A DNA stretch of 62,917 nucleotides from Minisyncoccota bacterium (lineage in GTDB: Bacteria > Patescibacteriota > Minisyncoccia > Phycocordibacterales > CSBR16-193), in the NCBI GenBank assembly GCA_040880645.1, contig JBBDHZ010000266.1, positions 1 to 62,917 of the forward strand, given 5' to 3'. A model generated the notes under the pieces. The model was not told the origin of the DNA. It ran no database searches and saw nothing but the letters and a program-made list of their open reading frames with translations. Made by a program: the position numbers and the translations under genes. Of this stretch, positions 47,414-55,633 are shown piece after piece; the first letter of the stretch is position 1, and each line of letters begins with the position of its first letter.

Positions 47414-48411
47414 CCGCATTAGACCAAGAGCAAGACGTAGTTGATCTCGCCCAACGCCTGAGCCTCGGCGGCGACCCAGTCGAAGCGATCATTAACTTCT
47501 GCCAGAAACAGGTCGATGTGTGGGTTCGAGAGGCTGGAGGTGTCGAGACCATCGGCGAATTGGAGGCGTTGATTGCCTCTCGCCTGAACCTCGTTATCGA
47601 AGAGGTCGGGAATGACGCTGATCTCGATGATCTGAAACGCCGGTATGTGCAAAAGGGCGAAATCGTTTTTGCGCATGTCGTGCAGAACGATCTGACACCT
47701 GAGACGTTCGGCACGATGGTTCGGCTCAAAGATGGCTCTCACGTTGCGGTGATCGATTGCCGAGGTGAGAAAGCTGCTCGGCGTTTTTTTACACGGTGGC
47801 ATGAAATTGCGCACCTGTTGGTTGAGCCTGACTGTGAGCAGCAGGTTTTTCGTGCGTCGGACGAGCCGCTAGAAAGGCTGATGGATCAGATCGCCGGTCA
47901 CGTTGGCTTTTACGACTCGATCTTCACGCCCCTCTTCAACACACATTTGTCTCACGGCGAGTTGCTGACGTTCGACAGGATCGATGATATCCGAAAGGCG
48001 TTCTGTCCCCACGCCAGCTTTCAATCAACGCTCTTTGCCTGCCAGCGGCGAATGAGGACGCCCGTGCTGTATCTTGAAGCTAGCATGGCATACACCGAAG
48101 ACGAGCGGCGTAGCCTAAGGCAGGCTCGGATGTTTGCGGACGACTGCCCCGAGAAGAAGCTTCGTGTTCGCTTGACGCTGCCGAACAAAGCTGCTGGTGA
48201 CATGAAGCTTGCGGCTCGGCGGAACATGCAAGTGCCTGAGTCGTCGGTCATCTATGCGGCATTTCATGACCAGCTAACCGCTGCAACAGGCGAAGAAAAC
48301 CTCAAGACATGGACGTTTTCAAGCGGCGGCAGTCTGATGGATTGCGAGGTATTTGTTCAAGCACGTCGAGTGGAAGATAGTGTGATGGCAACCGTTCAAC
48401 CCAGAGCTTGA
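47410..48411 (+). CDS. ImmA/IrrE-family zinc metallopeptidase (CapP-like)
   Basis: FTRWHEIAHLL contains the HExxH motif. The GTG start overlaps the HTH stop (GTGA at 47410-47413) and follows AAGGAA. Confidence 0.8.
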   Translation: MTALDQEQDVVDLAQRLSLGGDPVEAIINFCQKQVDVWVREAGGVETIGELEALIASRLNLVIEEVGNDADLDDLKRRYVQKGEIVFAHVVQNDLTPETFGTMVRLKDGSHVAVIDCRGEKAARRFFTRWHEIAHLLVEPDCEQQVFRASDEPLERLMDQIAGHVGFYDSIFTPLFNTHLSHGELLTFDRIDDIRKAFCPHASFQSTLFACQRRMRTPVLYLEASMAYTEDERRSLRQARMFADDCPEKKLRVRLTLPNKAAGDMKLAARRNMQVPESSVIYAAFHDQLTAATGEENLKTWTFSSGGSLMDCEVFVQARRVEDSVMATVQPRA

Positions 48412-48431
48412 CGACAGCAGTTCGCAAATGG

Positions 48432-49367
48432 TTACTGGTGACATGCTGACATGATGAAAAGAAGGATGTGCTTGTTGGCTCTTTGGAGACCACTGAAGTA
48501 GGCCTTCCTTTTCTCGGTCGCCTCTTCGCCAGTCACGTGGCGGTTGAGCATTATGGTACCTGGGTCGGGCACATTTGCAGTTATGTCATCGATTGCAGCG
48601 TGCCTACCAGGTCCAAAAACGTGTCGCAACTCTTCCAGACGTTTCAGTTGAAGCCGAGCGATATTAACAGCTTCCTCAAATGCTTCCGGGTCGTCACTTC
48701 GGACCGCATGGGTCTCGATTAGCGATTGTATATTTAAGTAAACTCTTAAGAGTTCCTCAAGTCGCCAAACATGCGACCCCTCCTCGGTTACGATGCTTAA
48801 GGACGGGTGGAGCTTGCGGATTTCCGGCTCCAAGTCACGCACGAGAATTTGCAGCGACTGACTGACCCTAGCCTGCACAACCAATCCTTCAACGACGGGA
48901 AAGGTAGCGAGCTTGTCCATCGTTGGGTCAGCCGTCATTCGCCACTGGCTTAGCTGCCTGAGCGATTCGAGTGCGTTCATGTACGAAGCGAGGAATAACC
49001 GCTTCTCCGATTCCTGCTGTGTTTCAACCATGCGGCGATGCTCCTGCCTCGTTGCCTTCAGTTCTTGGCGTGTCAGCTTCATTTCTTCCCGTTGGAGCTG
49101 CAACTCTCTTCGTTGCATCCAAAGCGTGACCAACACACCCGCAAACACTAACGCAGACAATAGTGCGTTTACAAAGCCGAACGAATCACCCCACTGAGCT
49201 GCTGCTTCTGGAAACGTCTCTGCCCAGTCAGGCCGCAATAGGAACGTCACCCAAGGGGTCAGCCCAACCAATGCGCCTAGTACCAGAACGGCAATGAATA
49301 CCCAAAAAATCGTCTGCCACCGAAAGAAGTCAGCATCATTTATGTCATTCGGTTTCATCGTTGTCAC
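48432..49367 (-). CDS. two-TM coiled-coil membrane protein
   Basis: TM segments IFWVFIAVLVLGALVGL and LLSALVFAGVLVTLW, then RRELQLQREEMKLTRQELKATRQEHRR. The start overlaps the upstream HTH stop (GTGA). Confidence 0.65.
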   Translation of the reverse strand: MTTMKPNDINDADFFRWQTIFWVFIAVLVLGALVGLTPWVTFLLRPDWAETFPEAAAQWGDSFGFVNALLSALVFAGVLVTLWMQRRELQLQREEMKLTRQELKATRQEHRRMVETQQESEKRLFLASYMNALESLRQLSQWRMTADPTMDKLATFPVVEGLVVQARVSQSLQILVRDLEPEIRKLHPSLSIVTEEGSHVWRLEELLRVYLNIQSLIETHAVRSDDPEAFEEAVNIARLQLKRLEELRHVFGPGRHAAIDDITANVPDPGTIMLNRHVTGEEATEKRKAYFSGLQRANKHILLFIMSACHQ

Positions 49368-49705
49368 TCGTCCCCAATCTCCTCCAGCAGTCGATCAATC
49401 GCTTCATCGTCGAGCTGTGCAAAACGACGGAAAGCATCTGGGCGTTCGATAACCCGCTGTTTGATCCCGTTCGGTATCTTCTCAGCCAGAATCAGAAGCT
49501 CGTCCACATCGGCATCCAGCGTTGCTGCAAGCCTGGCAATCAACTCATCACCCGGGTAGTCGCCGAAACCCAGTTTCTCGTTTTCGATCTTGGAAATGTA
49601 GGTGAAGGAAACACCGACCGCTTCGGCCAACGCCCGCAAGGAAAGGCTCTTCGCCTTGCGGAGTTCTCGAATTCTCAGGCCGAATCGCATCGGGGTGGTC
49701 TCCAT
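49364..49705 (-). CDS. XRE-family HTH regulator
   Basis: FGLRIRELRKAKSLSLRALAEAVGVSFTYISKIENEK. Confidence 0.85.
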   Translation of the reverse strand: METTPMRFGLRIRELRKAKSLSLRALAEAVGVSFTYISKIENEKLGFGDYPGDELIARLAATLDADVDELLILAEKIPNGIKQRVIERPDAFRRFAQLDDEAIDRLLEEIGDE

Positions 49706-49744
49706 GGTTGCGAGCTACGACGCCCAACAATACGATGGGTTGAA

Positions 49745-49782
49745 CAAAGAGTCAACGCAACAGCAAAGAGTCAACGCAACAG
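49745..49782. promoter_or_regulatory. perfect 19-bp tandem direct repeat (candidate operator)
   Basis: CAAAGAGTCAACGCAACAG occurs at 49745-49763 and again at 49764-49782. This lies in the divergent intergenic region, ending inside the AGGAGG at 49781-49786. Confidence 0.6.
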
Positions 49783-49792
49783 GAGGGGTCCG

Positions 49793-51010
49793 CTGAAACC
49801 CGAGCTACTCGAACAACTGCTTTACGAAGAAGAGGGGCCAACGCTGGACTTCAAGCGGGACCAGTACGCCTTCAGTAAGGCCACGGACGAGGAGAAAAGC
49901 GAACTTTTGAAGGACATCCTCGGATTTGTGAATTGCTGGCGACGGTCCGAAGCCTTCATCCTGATCGGGGTTGAAGAAGTCCGAGGCGGTCGCAGCAACG
50001 TACACGGTGTTTCGGATCACTTGGATGATCATTCGCTTCAGCAGTTCATAAACAACCTGACGAATCGGCCTGTCCAATTTGGCTACGAAGCCTGCGAATT
50101 TGAGGGCCAGCAGGTGGGGATCATTCGGGTCGAGTTGCAACGGCGACCCGTGTACCTGAAACGGGACTACGGCAAGCTGAAAAAAGGACTAGTCTACGTC
50201 CGGCGTGGCAGCTCCACCGATCCCACAAAGCCTGCCGATCCCGATGAGATTGCGCACATGGGGAGCGGACAGGCTGTTGAAGCGAAAGAAGCATCGCTGA
50301 CAGTGGAATTTGCTTCGACAGAGAGCGAGCAATCGCTGGGCAGTCTAATCGATTTGTCAGCCGAATTCTGCCAGATGCCAACATCAGAACAGATTCCTAC
50401 GCTCGATGACACACCAGCTCCGATTCGTCTGCCTGGCGGCGAAACTTTCCAGATACCGAGCTCCTCGTCGCTGGACTTTTATAACCGCCTAAATCCTGAT
50501 TTTTTCCGTGAGCTTGCCGAATATGTCGTCTTTCACAAACTCCTCAAGAAGGTGCGGTTAGTTGTACTGAATGCAGGGGAATCACCAGCCACAGATGTCC
50601 GTCTCGAAATCTGTATACCGGACGGTCAGGGCTTCGGAGTTGTCGACTTGCTAGAAGCTCCTGAGACTCCGAAGCGACGAACGGGCCTTTTAGTTGCCTC
50701 TGCGATTGAGAACATGAGACGACAACCTCTAATCCGACAGGCTGGTGATGTGGATATCGACAAGAACGACCACCGAACAAAGATTGAAATCGAATGCGGC
50801 AATCTTCAGCCAGGACGCAAGGTTTGGACGGACGCCTTTTATATTGGCATTGGCCAAGCGGGCGAATTCAAAATGACTGGAAACGTCTTTTCAGCTAACC
50901 TTTCCCAGCCCCAGGAGTTTACCTTGGCAATTAACGCCGACTTTATCGAAACAACGATGACCGTTGACGAGCTGGTGGCGCTGGGAAATTCGGATGAGGA
51001 CGAGGAGTAG
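49793..51010 (+). CDS. AlbA_2 / Schlafen-like (divergent AAA_4) domain protein
   Basis: EGPTLDFKRDQY..., LLKDILGFVNCWRRSEAFILIGVEE, VGIIRVELQRRPVYL. The start is uncertain. No ATG/GTG/TTG lies in frame after the divergent gene, and a CTG at 49793 sits 6 nt after AGGAGG. Confidence 0.65.
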   Translation: MKPELLEQLLYEEEGPTLDFKRDQYAFSKATDEEKSELLKDILGFVNCWRRSEAFILIGVEEVRGGRSNVHGVSDHLDDHSLQQFINNLTNRPVQFGYEACEFEGQQVGIIRVELQRRPVYLKRDYGKLKKGLVYVRRGSSTDPTKPADPDEIAHMGSGQAVEAKEASLTVEFASTESEQSLGSLIDLSAEFCQMPTSEQIPTLDDTPAPIRLPGGETFQIPSSSSLDFYNRLNPDFFRELAEYVVFHKLLKKVRLVVLNAGESPATDVRLEICIPDGQGFGVVDLLEAPETPKRRTGLLVASAIENMRRQPLIRQAGDVDIDKNDHRTKIEIECGNLQPGRKVWTDAFYIGIGQAGEFKMTGNVFSANLSQPQEFTLAINADFIETTMTVDELVALGNSDEDEE

Positions 51011-51072
51011 AACGTGGTCGGAGATAATTGCCGCAGTTAATGAGAGAGACCGCAGGGGAAGGCAGAAACGAA

Positions 51073-54000
51073 ATGGAAACAGCAACTGCCACGACGAACG
51101 TGCCCGAGCAAGGACAACTGGTGCAGGTTCGTTCTCGGCGGTGGGTCGTCAATAACGTGAAGCCCAGCAGCCTGCCCGCTGTCGCTTTTAAGCCGGAATT
51201 TGCAGGTCCCCAGAACTTGCTGACGCTTTCCTCCGTGGAAGACGACGGCCTAGGCGAAGAACTTCAGGTCGTTTGGGAGGGCGAGCCGGGTGCCCGTGTC
51301 ATCGAGAAGGTTGCTCTGCCCGACCCGACTGGTTTCGATGCTCCCGACAAGCTCGACGCTTTCCTCGACGCCGTTCGCTGGGGCGCAGCTTCCACGGCTG
51401 ACCTGAAGAACATCCAGTCGCCCTTCCGAAGTGGCATCGAGATTGAGGACTACCAGCTTGACCCCGTGGTCCGGGCGATCCAGATGCCGAGGGTCAACCT
51501 GCTCATTGCCGACGATGTTGGCTTGGGAAAAACCATCGAAGCAGGGATGGTCGCTCTCGAACTGTTGATTCGTCACCGAGCGAGGAAGATGCTGATTGTC
51601 GTCCCGTCGTCGCTACAGATTCAGTGGCGGGATCAGATGCGGGACAAGTTCGGCCTTGAGTTCCGCATCGTCGATTCCGAGTTGATGAAGGAATTGCGTC
51701 GAAAAAGAGGTATCCATGTTAATCCGTGGAGCCACTTCCCACGGCTCATCACGAGCATCGATTTTCTGAAGCGGGAACGACCACTCCGTCTGTTCCGAGA
51801 GACCCTGCCTGCACCGGGCGAACCAATTTATCCCCGCAAGTACGACCTACTGATTTGCGACGAGGCCCACAACTGCGCCCCTTCTGGTCGAGGCAAATAC
51901 GCCACCGATTCGATGAGGACGCAGGCCCTACGGGAACTTGCCCCACATTTCGAGCACAAGCTGTTCCTCACGGCCACACCCCACAACGGATATCGGGAGA
52001 GCTTCAGTGCTCTGCTAGAACTGCTGGACAACCAACGGTTTTCTCGTGGAACAGACCCGGATCGCAAGCAGCTTGAAGCGATCATGGTTCGACGACTGAA
52101 AACCGACCCAAGTTTTGCAAAGAAGTGGGACGGCACGCCTCGCTTTCCGCCTCGTGTCCTCGAACCCATCGAAGTGCCGTACACGGACGAGGAACGGGAA
52201 ATTCATGCAGCGTTGCGTGAATACACGAAACTCCGCTCTGACCGAGCAACCGACAACACGGAGCGGTTCGCCACGGAGTTCGTGCTGAAGACGCTGAAGA
52301 AGCGACTGTTTTCCAGTCCTGCTGCTTTCCTCACCACGCTGGAACGTCACGAGAAGTCACTCAAGTCGGCAAAGAAAAAGGTCGTGGCAAAGCCAAAGAT
52401 GAGCGTGCTCCAGCGTGAGTTCGACCGGATGGAGGAGGATTACGCCGACGACTTCGAGTACGACGAGGCAACGGACGACGCCCTCGATTCGGCGACACGG
52501 CTGTTTGCCGAGCCGACTAGTGAGGAAAAAGCGTTACTGAAACAGATGAAAAAGTGGGCCGAGCGTGCCCGTGCGCAACAGGACTCGAAAACCAAGCAGT
52601 TGATTGAGTGGCTGAAGGACAACCTCAAGCCGGGCGGCAATTGGTCCCACGAGCGGGTCATCATCTTCACCGAGTACCGAGCGACGCAGAACTGGTTGCA
52701 AGAGGTGCTTGCCACTGAAGGCTTCGGTGGTGGTGATAGGCTGATGACTATGTACGGTGGCATGGACAGCGACCAGCGGGAAGCCGTCAAAGCCGCTTTC
52801 CAAACTGATCCTGAAAAGAGTCCGGTTCGCATCCTGCTGGCGACTGATGCTGCATCGGAAGGTCTCGATTTCCAGAACTTCTGCTCTCGGTTGATCCACT
52901 ACGAGATTCCGTGGAACCCGAACCGAATGGAGCAGCGAAACGGTCGTGTGGACAGGCACGGTCAGAAGGCCGACAAGGTGATGGTCTACCACTTCGTCGG
53001 TAAGGGCTACAACGAGCGAGCCGCTCGCCAGTCCAGCGGCCATGCTTCAGACATGGAGGCCGACCTTGAATTCCTCATGCGGGTCGCTCAGAAGATCGAG
53101 ACAATCCGAGAAGACCTCGGCAAAGTCGGTCCAGTGATCTCCGAGCAAGTGGAAGAGGCGATGTTAGGTCGGCGGTCAACGCTACAAACCGCTGACGCCG
53201 AGCGTGACGCCGAGCCGATCCGCAAGATGCTTCGTTTCGAGCGTGACCTGCACAAGCAGGTTCAGGCGTTGATGGAGCAGTACAGGGAGACTCGTCGGGA
53301 ACTGCGGTTGTCCCCGGAGAACGTCCAAAAAGTTGTAACGGTGGCTCTCGAACTAGCCGGGCAACCAGCGTTAGTGCCGACCAAGACCGAAGACGGCACG
53401 CCCTGCTTCCAGCTACCGCCACTCAAAGGAAGTTGGGCGGCATGTGCCGAAGGCTTGGAACATCCTCACACCAAAGAGATTCGCCCGATCACCTTCAGCG
53501 AGTCCGTGAGCAAGGGTCGGGACGATGTGGTGCTGGTTCACCTGAATCATCGCCTGCCGCAGATGTGCCTGCGGCTGCTGCGTGCGGAGGTTTGGGCGGA
53601 AAAAGGTCGGTCAAAACTGGAGCGTGTGACCGCACGTGTCATTCCCAACGATATCATCGACTCTCCAGCCATGATCGCCCACGCTCGACTGGTGGTGATC
53701 GGCGGGGACAGCTACCGGCTGCACGAAGAGATCATCGCCGCTGGTGGGCTCATCAAGGAAGGGAAGTGGGGTGGTCGCCTGAACGTCGGGCAGACGGAGA
53801 AGGCATTGGCGGCTGGAAGGGATCAAGAGCCATCTTCAGCAGTCGAGGAGAAACTGCTGGAGCTTTATCCCGAGCTTGTGCCGTCGCTTGCTTCGGCCCT
53901 CGAAGCACGAATGAAGGATCGGGTCGGCGGTTTAGAGAAACGGCTCAACGAACGTGCCGAGAAGGAAGCCAAAGACATCGAGGCAATTTTGACGGAACTC

Positions 54001-54243
54001 AAGAAAGCCATCGAAGCCGAACTGAACGACCCGGAATACCACCAATTGACGCTTTTCGATGATGCGGAGCGAAATCAGTTCGAGCGGAACAAGAGCGCCA
54101 TGCGGTCGAGGGCGCAAGAGATTCCGGGTGAGATCGAGCGGGAGACGGAGGCGATCAGAGCCAGATTTGCGAATCCGCAGGCGAGGATGTTCCCGGTGGC
54201 GGTGACGTTCTTGGTGCCTGAAAAGTTGGCGGGAGGTGCGTGA
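51073..54243 (+). CDS. SNF2-family helicase (DISARM DrmD-like)
   Basis: DYQLDPVVRAI, ADDVGLGKTIEAG, LICDEAHN, LFLTATPHNG. Helicase-C region: VIIFTEY, LLATDAASEGLDFQ, YEIPWNPNRMEQRNGRVDRHGQ. Confidence 0.9.
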   Translation: METATATTNVPEQGQLVQVRSRRWVVNNVKPSSLPAVAFKPEFAGPQNLLTLSSVEDDGLGEELQVVWEGEPGARVIEKVALPDPTGFDAPDKLDAFLDAVRWGAASTADLKNIQSPFRSGIEIEDYQLDPVVRAIQMPRVNLLIADDVGLGKTIEAGMVALELLIRHRARKMLIVVPSSLQIQWRDQMRDKFGLEFRIVDSELMKELRRKRGIHVNPWSHFPRLITSIDFLKRERPLRLFRETLPAPGEPIYPRKYDLLICDEAHNCAPSGRGKYATDSMRTQALRELAPHFEHKLFLTATPHNGYRESFSALLELLDNQRFSRGTDPDRKQLEAIMVRRLKTDPSFAKKWDGTPRFPPRVLEPIEVPYTDEEREIHAALREYTKLRSDRATDNTERFATEFVLKTLKKRLFSSPAAFLTTLERHEKSLKSAKKKVVAKPKMSVLQREFDRMEEDYADDFEYDEATDDALDSATRLFAEPTSEEKALLKQMKKWAERARAQQDSKTKQLIEWLKDNLKPGGNWSHERVIIFTEYRATQNWLQEVLATEGFGGGDRLMTMYGGMDSDQREAVKAAFQTDPEKSPVRILLATDAASEGLDFQNFCSRLIHYEIPWNPNRMEQRNGRVDRHGQKADKVMVYHFVGKGYNERAARQSSGHASDMEADLEFLMRVAQKIETIREDLGKVGPVISEQVEEAMLGRRSTLQTADAERDAEPIRKMLRFERDLHKQVQALMEQYRETRRELRLSPENVQKVVTVALELAGQPALVPTKTEDGTPCFQLPPLKGSWAACAEGLEHPHTKEIRPITFSESVSKGRDDVVLVHLNHRLPQMCLRLLRAEVWAEKGRSKLERVTARVIPNDIIDSPAMIAHARLVVIGGDSYRLHEEIIAAGGLIKEGKWGGRLNVGQTEKALAAGRDQEPSSAVEEKLLELYPELVPSLASALEARMKDRVGGLEKRLNERAEKEAKDIEAILTELKKAIEAELNDPEYHQLTLFDDAERNQFERNKSAMRSRAQEIPGEIERETEAIRARFANPQARMFPVAVTFLVPEKLAGGA

Positions 54244-55631
54244 CTGTGATGAGAACGCTCTCCCTAGTCGGTGAATCCCTTCCCGACGGACGACCTGTTC
54301 CGGTTGGTCCCCTTGACGGACTTGTCGCTTTGGATGCTCGGCACGGGGTGTTCCCGAACCTCGTGATGACACCAATTCTTTCGGCGCTGTGGGCGTTTGA
54401 CCAAGTGAAGCTAAACCCCTCGGCATTGTGGCGACAAGTTCCGGGGTTGCTCGAAGGCGTTGATCGGCGCTTCAACCTATTCAACAAGGATACAACCGAT
54501 CCGAAGAACCCGACCTTCGAGATTCATCCCGACGCCGAGGGACGCCTCACAGGGTTTGACACGGCGACAGACTTGTGGGCCTTGTTCGGATTCCAAACGA
54601 CTTTCGGGTTGTTTCGATGGGTGCTGAAACGAGATCGTGCGGCCACCAAGAAACAGATCAAGAGCTTTGCCATTGGCTTTCTCGCCTCGGCACTTGAGCG
54701 ATGGACGCCAGAAAGTGGGCTACCGAAGGCGCTGCCGAAAAACATGTGTGCGCAGGAGGGCTACGCTCATCGGCTGTGTACTCAAGATGACGCTTCGGGC
54801 GCAAGTGTATTGCCAATGCTAATCCATGCGGTCCACCGGCACACGAGTTTCCCCGAGCAGGTCGATAACCATGTTGAGCTGTTTCGTTGTTTTGTCCCCC
54901 TCTTGCACAACGAAGCTTACCAGTTGGCACCTTACGGAGTCGGTCAGGCCAACTTTGTGCTTTCACAAGACTACGACGTTGGGGGCGATGGCCATGCAGC
55001 AGAATTGTACTGGACGGTGATGGGCAAAGCCTTGATGCGAAGACTAAAGTCAACAAACCCCACGACCGAAGCATGTGCGATGTCTGCGTTTCCCAACTGG
55101 CAAGACCACGCTGTTCACCAACGCCGTCAACAAACGGGGTGCATTCCAACCGGGTACGAGATGATTCTGCGTGCTGCTGGTGCCGAGGGTGTCGATCTTG
55201 ATTCCTTTCAGGACGACTTCGATCTCGACATCAATTTGGGGCGTGGCCAAGTAGAACCAAAGAACCACTTCGGCAGCGTCGCCTCTGAAGTTCACCGCAA
55301 ATATCCGTGGGTCGAGTTCGATTGGAAGCAGTTCGGCACTGGCCACGATAAGGTCGCATTCATTGACGAGCATCTTGCGAAGAAGCAGCCGGTGTTGATC
55401 TCACTGGCCCTATCGTCATTCGGAGGAAGGGGCTGGCACATCATGCCGGTCGTGGACGCAACCGACGCTCAATACCTCTTGTTGGAATACGTCGGATCGG
55501 ATGGCAGAGTAAGGACAAGATGGATCGACAAACTGGAAGTTGCCCGGATTCACGATGAGTACGACGGTGGATGCGAAGTGGCCTTTCTGTCGAAGCTCGG
55601 CGAACCGACAAGCAAAGGGGAGAGTGAGTAG
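54240..55631 (+). CDS. hypothetical protein with C-terminal papain-like Cys...His signature
   Basis: QQTGCIPTGYEMILRAAG ... GRGWHIMPVVDATD. The GTG start overlaps the SNF2 stop (GTGA). Confidence 0.6.
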   Translation: MTVMRTLSLVGESLPDGRPVPVGPLDGLVALDARHGVFPNLVMTPILSALWAFDQVKLNPSALWRQVPGLLEGVDRRFNLFNKDTTDPKNPTFEIHPDAEGRLTGFDTATDLWALFGFQTTFGLFRWVLKRDRAATKKQIKSFAIGFLASALERWTPESGLPKALPKNMCAQEGYAHRLCTQDDASGASVLPMLIHAVHRHTSFPEQVDNHVELFRCFVPLLHNEAYQLAPYGVGQANFVLSQDYDVGGDGHAAELYWTVMGKALMRRLKSTNPTTEACAMSAFPNWQDHAVHQRRQQTGCIPTGYEMILRAAGAEGVDLDSFQDDFDLDINLGRGQVEPKNHFGSVASEVHRKYPWVEFDWKQFGTGHDKVAFIDEHLAKKQPVLISLALSSFGGRGWHIMPVVDATDAQYLLLEYVGSDGRVRTRWIDKLEVARIHDEYDGGCEVAFLSKLGEPTSKGESE

Positions 55632-55633
55632 TC

